From: Magnetospirillaceae bacterium
Lineage (GTDB): Bacteria > Pseudomonadota > Alphaproteobacteria > Rhodospirillales > Magnetospirillaceae
Direction: 5' to 3'
Assembly (NCBI GenBank): GCA_041685145.1
Contig: JAWLGJ010000007.1
Span: 3,513 to 67,512 of the forward strand
DNA: 64,000 nucleotides
A program made the translations under genes and the position numbers. Shown piece by piece: positions 58,538 to 64,000 of the stretch. A model generated the notes under the pieces. That model saw nothing but the letters and a program-made list of their open reading frames with translations, did not search any database and was not told where the DNA came from. Every line of letters starts with the position of its first letter. Within the stretch, counting starts at the first letter, position 1.

Positions 58538-60139
58538 ATGTCCGAGCCGCTTCGCGACCTTGCCCGTGAATCCAACGCCTGGCCGTTCCAGGAGGCGCGC
58601 GCCCTGCTGGACAAGCGCCTGAAGGGCGGGGCGCCCGAGAAAGGCTTCGTGCTGTTCGAGACCGGCTACGGCCCCTCGGGCCTGCCCCATATCGGCACCT
58701 TCGGCGAGGTGGCGCGCACGGAATGGGTGCGCAACGCCTTCCATCGCCTCGCCCCCGACATTCCCACCAAGCTGTACGCCTTCTCGGACGACATGGACGG
58801 GCTGCGCAAGGTGCCCGACAACATCCCCAACCGCGAGATGGTCGCCCAGCACCTGGGCAAGCCGCTGACCGCCATTCCCGACCCCTTCGGCACGCATGAG
58901 AGCTTCGGCCACCACAACAACGCCCGCCTGCGCGCCTTCCTCGATTCCTTCGGCTTCGAATACGAGTTCCAAAGCGCCACCGACTGCTACCAGAGCGGCC
59001 GCTTCGACGACGCGCTGCTGGCGGTGCTGCGCCATTACGACGCGGTGATCGACGTCATCCTGCCCACCCTGGGCGAGGAGCGGCGCCAGACCTACAGCCC
59101 CTTCCTGCCCGTCTGCCCGCGCACCGGCCAAGTGTTGCAGGTGCCGGTGGTCGAGCGCGACGCCGAGGCCGGCACCATCGTCTATCGCGACGCGGACGGG
59201 CGGCTGGTCGAGACGCCGGTCACCGGCGGGCGCTGCAAGCTGCAATGGAAGTGCGACTGGGCCATGCGCTGGTACGCGCTGGGTGTCGACTACGAGATGT
59301 CGGGCAAGGATCTGATCCCGTCGGTGGAACTCAGCTCGCGCATCTGCCGCATCCTGGGCGGGCGGCCGCCGCAGAATCTGACCTACGAGCTGTTCCTGGA
59401 CGAGAACGGCCAGAAGATTTCCAAGTCCAAGGGCAACGGCATCGCCGTCGAGGACTGGCTGCGCTACGCCCCGCCGGAGAGCCTGGCGCTGTTCATGTAC
59501 CAGGCGCCCAAGCGCGCCAAGCGGCTGTATTTCGACGTCATCCCCAAGAACGTCGACGACTACCTAACCCATGTCGCCAAGTTCCGCGAACAGGACGCGG
59601 CGGCGCGATTGCAGAACCCCGCCTGGCACATCCACGACGGCGCGCCGCCGGCCGAGGCCGAATCGCCGCTCGGCTTCGGGCTGCTGCTCAACCTGGCCAG
59701 CGTCTGCCACGCCGAGGAACCGCAGGTGCTGTGGCAGTTCATCCGCCGCTACGCACCCGAGGCCGGCCCCGCCACCCACCCGCTGCTGGACCGGCTGGTC
59801 GGCCACGCCGTCGCCTATTACCAGGACTTCGTCAAGCCGGCGAAGACCTACCGCGCGGCCACCCCCGCCGAGGCGGCGGCGCTGGCGGAACTGGCAGCGG
59901 AACTGCGGGCGCTGGGGCCGGGGGCGGAAGCCGAGGCCTTCCAGAACGCCGTCTACGAGGTCGGCAAGCGCCACGCCGAGACCTTCCCCGACCTCAAGGC
60001 CTGGTTCAAGGCGCTGTACCAGATTCTGCTGGGGCAGGAGCAGGGGCCGCGCATGGGCTCGTTCATCGCCCTCTATGGCGCGGCGGAATCCATCGCGCTG
60101 CTGGAAAAGGCGGCGGCGGGGGAGGATTTGTCGGGCTGA
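58538..60139 (+). CDS. lysK: class I lysine--tRNA ligase
   Basis: HIGH-type motif [10 protein letters not shown] and KMSKS-type KISKSKGNG. Length and pattern match the class-I LysRS found in alphaproteobacteria and archaea. Confidence 0.92.
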   Translation: MSEPLRDLARESNAWPFQEARALLDKRLKGGAPEKGFVLFETGYGPSGLPHIGTFGEVARTEWVRNAFHRLAPDIPTKLYAFSDDMDGLRKVPDNIPNREMVAQHLGKPLTAIPDPFGTHESFGHHNNARLRAFLDSFGFEYEFQSATDCYQSGRFDDALLAVLRHYDAVIDVILPTLGEERRQTYSPFLPVCPRTGQVLQVPVVERDAEAGTIVYRDADGRLVETPVTGGRCKLQWKCDWAMRWYALGVDYEMSGKDLIPSVELSSRICRILGGRPPQNLTYELFLDENGQKISKSKGNGIAVEDWLRYAPPESLALFMYQAPKRAKRLYFDVIPKNVDDYLTHVAKFREQDAAARLQNPAWHIHDGAPPAEAESPLGFGLLLNLASVCHAEEPQVLWQFIRRYAPEAGPATHPLLDRLVGHAVAYYQDFVKPAKTYRAATPAEAAALAELAAELRALGPGAEAEAFQNAVYEVGKRHAETFPDLKAWFKALYQILLGQEQGPRMGSFIALYGAAESIALLEKAAAGEDLSG

Positions 60140-60144
60140 GGGCC

Positions 60145-60900
60145 TCAGCCCTGGCGCATCGCCCCGATGCCGGCGCCCACCTCCAGGCCGCCGAACCAGT
60201 CGAGGAAACGGCGCACGTCCTCGCCCCGGAACAGCTTGCCGTGCTGCGGCGCCATGATGTCGATGTCGAGGCGCGAGACCATGCCGATCCAGGCGTCGCG
60301 CGCCTGCGGCGAGCCCATCCAGCGGCGGTGGAAGCCTTCCATATAGGCGACGTGGCGGTTGAAGTCGTCGACGAACAGGCTGTCGGCCTCCTCCGGCGGC
60401 ACCAGGGCGGCGCCGATGTCGCCGCTGAACAGCACCCGCGCCTTGGGGTCATAGACGACATAGCAGCCCGGCGAGTGCAGATAGTGGGCCGGCAGGATCT
60501 GCAGGGCGACACCGCCCAGGCGCACGGTGGTTCCCTCGTCGGGAATCTTCACCATGCGGGCGTCGCGGTCGAAATGGCTGATGAAGCCGGTCCACATCCA
60601 CGGCACCAGCACCTCGAGATTCGCGCCGCACATCCGCCGCCACAGCGGCAGCGACGACGACACGTCGGGATCCTGGTGCGACAGGAACAGATGGCTGATG
60701 CTGTCCGCCGGCACCTCCTGCGTCAGCGCCGCCAGCATGGCCGGGAACAGTTCCATACCGCCCGGATCCAGCAGCATCGTCTGCCCGCCGACGCAGACGA
60801 CGCACTGGTTGGTATCGATGATGTTGTCGGGGCGGTCGGGGTCGCGCGCGAAGACCAGCCAGCGGTGGTCGCCGTCGCGGTAGATGGTGCTGCCTTTCAT
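60145..60900 (-). CDS. metallo-beta-lactamase-fold protein resembling the di-iron domain of flavodiiron proteins (ODP-like)
   Basis: 251 aa. FDP-like ligand pattern SH75-Q-D77-P-D79, LH142SPG, FSGD161IG, PQH220G; the fourth residue of the HxExDH motif is Val. GGGAG 8 nt before the ATG. 36-nt gap to the upstream gene. Confidence 0.7.
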   Translation of the reverse strand: MKGSTIYRDGDHRWLVFARDPDRPDNIIDTNQCVVCVGGQTMLLDPGGMELFPAMLAALTQEVPADSISHLFLSHQDPDVSSSLPLWRRMCGANLEVLVPWMWTGFISHFDRDARMVKIPDEGTTVRLGGVALQILPAHYLHSPGCYVVYDPKARVLFSGDIGAALVPPEEADSLFVDDFNRHVAYMEGFHRRWMGSPQARDAWIGMVSRLDIDIMAPQHGKLFRGEDVRRFLDWFGGLEVGAGIGAMRQG

Positions 60901-60936
60901 GCCCTGCTCCCTGTCCCCGATTGCTGGCCCGTTGCC

Positions 60937-61638
60937 TCAGCCATGCGCGCGCCGGCAGGCCGCCGCCACGGCGCGGCCTTCGTCCTGGGCGCGGCGCACG
61001 GCCGTGCCCGCCGTGGCCGTCATGTCGCGAAGTTGCCCGACATAGTCGCGCATGGTCTGGGCGACGGTGCGGAATTCGGGCTCGTGGCGGCCGGCGCCCG
61101 AGGCCTCGATGGCGATGTTGGTGGCGATGCTGTCCGAGGCCGACACCACGCTTTCCACAGCCCGAGCCTGGGCGGCGAGGGCCTCGACGGAATCGACCAT
61201 GCCCAGCACCGTTTCCTCCATGCTGGCCATCAGCCCCGCCTGCGCCGCGCTCACCGCCTCCAGCGAGCGCCCCTGCCGCTCCAGGGCGGCGACGGTGCGC
61301 TCCATCAGCCGCAGCTCGTGGATGAAGCGCAGCCCGGCGGCGGCGAAGCGGTAGCTGTCATGCATCACCGCCGCGCAATCGGTCTGCGCCTGCGCCAGGC
61401 GGTTGACCAGTTCGCGGGTGTACTGGGTCAACGCCCGCACGGCGCGGCCGGCGTCGCCCGCGCGCCCCGCCACCAATTCGGCGTTCAGCGACAGAATGCG
61501 CAGGTTCTCGGCAAGTTCCTGAAGGTCGGTAAAGGCGTGGAAGGCCTTGACGGTGTCTCCGAACAGGACGGAGACCCGCGCCTCCAGCGCGTCCACCCCC
61601 CCGCCACGCTCGCCTACGCCGCGGGCGCCCTCGGCCAT
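60937..61638 (-). CDS. soluble all-helical protein with two chemoreceptor (MCP) signalling-tip-like motifs
   Basis: 233 aa, GGGAG SD. LRILSLNAELVAGRAGDAGRAVRALTQYTRELV and SIATNIAIEASGAGRHEPEFRTVAQTMRDYV each resemble LLALNAAIEAARAGE.GRGFAVVA.EVR.LA. No TM segment. Confidence 0.65.
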   Translation of the reverse strand: MAEGARGVGERGGGVDALEARVSVLFGDTVKAFHAFTDLQELAENLRILSLNAELVAGRAGDAGRAVRALTQYTRELVNRLAQAQTDCAAVMHDSYRFAAAGLRFIHELRLMERTVAALERQGRSLEAVSAAQAGLMASMEETVLGMVDSVEALAAQARAVESVVSASDSIATNIAIEASGAGRHEPEFRTVAQTMRDYVGQLRDMTATAGTAVRRAQDEGRAVAAACRRAHG

Positions 61639-61664
61639 GCAATGCTCCCTCTTCGTACCAAAGT

Positions 61665-61693
61665 ACCCTATCGGAATTTTTCCCGAATTGTAA
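61665..61693 (-). promoter_or_regulatory. candidate promoter for the MCP-like/ODP-like operon, with a palindrome in the spacer
   Basis: Minus strand reads TTACAA (61693-61688), 17-nt spacer, TAGGGT (61670-61665). The spacer holds the imperfect palindrome TCGGGAA-aaa-TTCCGA (61671-61686). Confidence 0.3.
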
Positions 61694-61760
61694 GGGAATG
61701 CGCCATCTGTTCAGGACGGGTGCTTTCGGCTAGGGTCCGGCCCACGGTGGGAGGCCCGAA

Positions 61761-62819
61761 GTGATCGACACCTATCCCCTGACGGGACCATTGCTGCGGC
61801 TGTTGGACCCCGAACGGGCGCACGCGCTGGCGGTGTGGGCGGCCGCGCGCGGCCTGACGCCGCGCCAGCGCGCGCCCGACCCGCCGCTGCTGGCCTGTCG
61901 ATTGTGGGGGCGCCGCTTCCCGAACCCCATCGGCCTGGCGGCGGGCTTCGACAAGGACGCCCGCGCCGCCGACGCCCTGCTGGACATGGGCTTCGGCTTC
62001 GTCGAAATAGGCACCGTGACCCCAAAGCCGCAGCCCGGCAACCCGCGCCCGCGCATGTTCCGCCTGCGCGAGGACGGGGCGGTCATCAACCGCATGGGCT
62101 TCAACAGCGGCGGCGCGGCGGCGGCGGCGGCGCGCCTGGCGCGACGGCAACGGCGCGGCGTCGTCGGCGTCAATCTGGGCAAGAACAAGGACACCGCCGA
62201 CGCCGCCGCCGATTACGAAAGCGGCGTCGAGGCCTTGGCGCCGCTGGCCGATTATGTGGTCATCAACGTCTCGTCACCGAACACGCCGGGGCTGCGGGCC
62301 CTGCAGGGGCGGGCGCCGCTGGAGGCGCTGGTGGCGCGGGTGCGCGCCGCCCTCGACGCGCGGGTGCCCGAGGCGACGCCGCCCTTGCTGCTGAAGGTCG
62401 CCCCCGACCTGACCGACGACGACCGCGGCGACATCGCCGCCGTGGCGCTGGCGGGGGGGCTGGATGGCCTGATCGTCACCAACACCACCGTCGGGCGGCC
62501 GCCGTCGCTGCGCTCGCGCCACCGCGACGAGGTTGGCGGCCTCAGCGGCCGGCCGCTGTTCGCCCTGTCCACCGAGGTATTGTCCGACCTCTACCGCCGC
62601 ACCGAGGCCCGCCTGCCCATCATCGGCGTCGGCGGCATCGCCTCCGGCGCCGACGCCTATGCCAAGATTCGCGCCGGCGCCTCGCTGGTGCAGCTTTACA
62701 CCGCCCTCGTCTATCAGGGGCCGGCGCTGGTGGGGCGGATCAAGACCGACCTGGCGCGGCGGCTGGCGGCGGACGGCTTCACCTCCGTCGCCGAGGCCGT
62801 CGGCGCCGACCACCGCTGA
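61761..62819 (+). CDS. pyrD: quinone-dependent dihydroorotate dehydrogenase (class 2)
   Basis: GGGAGG 6 nt before GTG 61761. GLAAGFDK, GFGFVEIGTVTP, NVSSPNTPGLR, GVGGI. Confidence 0.93.
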   Translation: MIDTYPLTGPLLRLLDPERAHALAVWAAARGLTPRQRAPDPPLLACRLWGRRFPNPIGLAAGFDKDARAADALLDMGFGFVEIGTVTPKPQPGNPRPRMFRLREDGAVINRMGFNSGGAAAAAARLARRQRRGVVGVNLGKNKDTADAAADYESGVEALAPLADYVVINVSSPNTPGLRALQGRAPLEALVARVRAALDARVPEATPPLLLKVAPDLTDDDRGDIAAVALAGGLDGLIVTNTTVGRPPSLRSRHRDEVGGLSGRPLFALSTEVLSDLYRRTEARLPIIGVGGIASGADAYAKIRAGASLVQLYTALVYQGPALVGRIKTDLARRLAADGFTSVAEAVGADHR

Positions 62820-62835
62820 GGGAACCATCCGCGCC

Positions 62836-63714
62836 ATGACCGACGTTCCGCTGATCGCCGGCCTCTCCGAGGTCATCGACGCCTATGACGCCCTCATCCT
62901 CGACCTGTGGGGGGTGGTCCATGACGGCGTGCGCCTGTACCCGCAGGTGCCGGAGACCCTGGCCCGCCTGCGCGACGCCGGCCGCCACACGCTGCTGCTG
63001 TCCAACGCGCCGCGCCGCGCCTACGCCCTGGTCGAGGCCATGACCGGCATGGGCCTGGACCGTGGGCTCTACGGCGCGGTGATGTCCTCGGGCGAAGCCG
63101 TCCACCGGGCGTTGCTCGCCCGCGACGATCCCTTTTTCGCCGCCCTGGGCCGGCGCTGCCTGCACATCGGGCCCGAGCGCGACCGCAACATCTTCGAGGG
63201 GCTGGACCTGAGCCTCGCCGCCGACCCGGCGGCGGCCGATTTCGTGCTCAACACCGGCCCCTGGTCGCTGGAGGAAACCGTCGCCGACTACGAGGTGCAG
63301 TTGCGCGCCTGCGCCGCCGCCGGGCTGCCGATGGTCTGCGCCAACCCCGACCTCGTCGTCATCCGCGAGGGCCGCGCCGTCATCTGCGCCGGGGCGCTGG
63401 CGCGGCGCTACGAGGAACTGGGCGGCCGCGTCGCCTATCGCGGCAAGCCCGACCCGGCCATCTACGACGACTGCATGGCGCTGCTGGAGGGCGTCGACCG
63501 GCGCCGGGTGCTGGCGGTGGGCGACGCCTTCCACACCGACATCGCCGGCGCCGCCAACGCCGGCATCGACGCCGTCCTCGTCACCAGCGGCATCCACGCC
63601 GAGGAAATGGGCGTCGGTGCCTGGGGCGAGCCGCCGGCGCCGGAACGGCTGCGGGCGGCGGTGGCGCGGCACGGCCAGAGGCCGCTGGCGGCGATTCCGG
63701 CGCTGCGGTGGTAA
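62836..63714 (+). CDS. HAD-superfamily hydrolase (TIGR01459-like subfamily IIA)
   Basis: ILDLWGVVHDG nucleophile motif, LLSNAPR, GKPDPAIY, VGDAFHTDIAGA. Confidence 0.85.
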   Translation: MTDVPLIAGLSEVIDAYDALILDLWGVVHDGVRLYPQVPETLARLRDAGRHTLLLSNAPRRAYALVEAMTGMGLDRGLYGAVMSSGEAVHRALLARDDPFFAALGRRCLHIGPERDRNIFEGLDLSLAADPAAADFVLNTGPWSLEETVADYEVQLRACAAAGLPMVCANPDLVVIREGRAVICAGALARRYEELGGRVAYRGKPDPAIYDDCMALLEGVDRRRVLAVGDAFHTDIAGAANAGIDAVLVTSGIHAEEMGVGAWGEPPAPERLRAAVARHGQRPLAAIPALRW

Positions 63715-64000
63715 GTGGCGCCACCGCCACAGGTGTTGCAAAAACGCCGCGACCTTCCCATATTAAGAAGCACTGTCATATGTGGGAGAGGTACGGTGCG
63801 GATGTGGGATCGGTTGCTGATGGGCTTCTGGCGTCGGGTCACCGGCGCGGCGCCACGGCGACCGACGGCGCGCTACCCGGTGCGGCTGCGGTAACGCGCG
63901 AAGGGACGGCGGCGACGGGCCGCCCTACACCGCCCGGCGGCGGGCGGCGGGTACGTTGCGGGCGCGGTTGTCCTCTTCCTCGAACAGCGCCGCCAGTTGG

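Noticed and set aside
63925-64000. Apparent 3' end of a minus-strand gene (…QLAALFEEEDNRARNVPAARRRAV, stop TAG complement at 63925-63927)
   Set aside because: Only about 25 codons are visible. That is too short to assign a family or even to be sure it is coding, so it is not reported as a feature.

Overview
High-GC chromosomal segment (about two-thirds G+C by eye). Gene content and synteny look alphaproteobacterial, probably Rhodospirillales; this placement is inference, based on class-I LysRS, metX-metW, a bactofilin/LmdC-like pair and the suf layout. The window is almost wall-to-wall conserved housekeeping operons. Plus strand: lptF-lptD-surA-pdxA-rsmA, rpsF-rpsR-rplI, cfa, ppk2, a DinG-family helicase, metXW, gloB-GST-cupin, the Rrf2-sufBCDSUT operon, msrB, gap-pgk, lysK, pyrD. 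Minus strand: fabD-fabG-acpP-fabF-mltG-yicC-gmk-M23-bactofilin, chorismate mutase-hisC-tyrC, leuC-leuD-leuB, asd, panE, ffh-rpsP-rimM-trmD-rplS. I found no rRNA, tRNA, CRISPR array, transposase, integrase or phage genes. Gene starts were refined by hand from start codons, Shine-Dalgarno sequences, stop/start overlaps and N-terminal conservation. Many very long ORFs in the supplied track are antisense or out-of-frame shadow ORFs typical of GC-rich DNA and were discounted. Observations most worth a second look: (1) a 37-codon Thr-rich leader ORF with its own promoter and SD, plus mutually exclusive antiterminator/terminator helices upstream of asd (47.04-47.28 kb), a candidate threonine attenuator; (2) a two-gene operon at 60.1-61.6 kb encoding a flavodiiron-like (ODP-like) metallo-beta-lactamase-fold protein and a small soluble protein with two tandem chemoreceptor tip motifs; (3) a 493-aa protein that looks like a fully degenerate GGDEF-EAL scaffold, next to a single-domain bacteriohemerythrin (33.1-35.1 kb); (4) an orphan sulfotransferase-fold ORF behind a locally AT-rich islet (26.3-27.3 kb); (5) a translationally overlapped bactofilin / LmdC-like M23 peptidase cell-shape module; (6) an inverted pair of REP-like hairpin elements with compensatory stem changes between sufT and msrB. 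All homology calls come from motif recognition by eye; no searches or folding programs were run.
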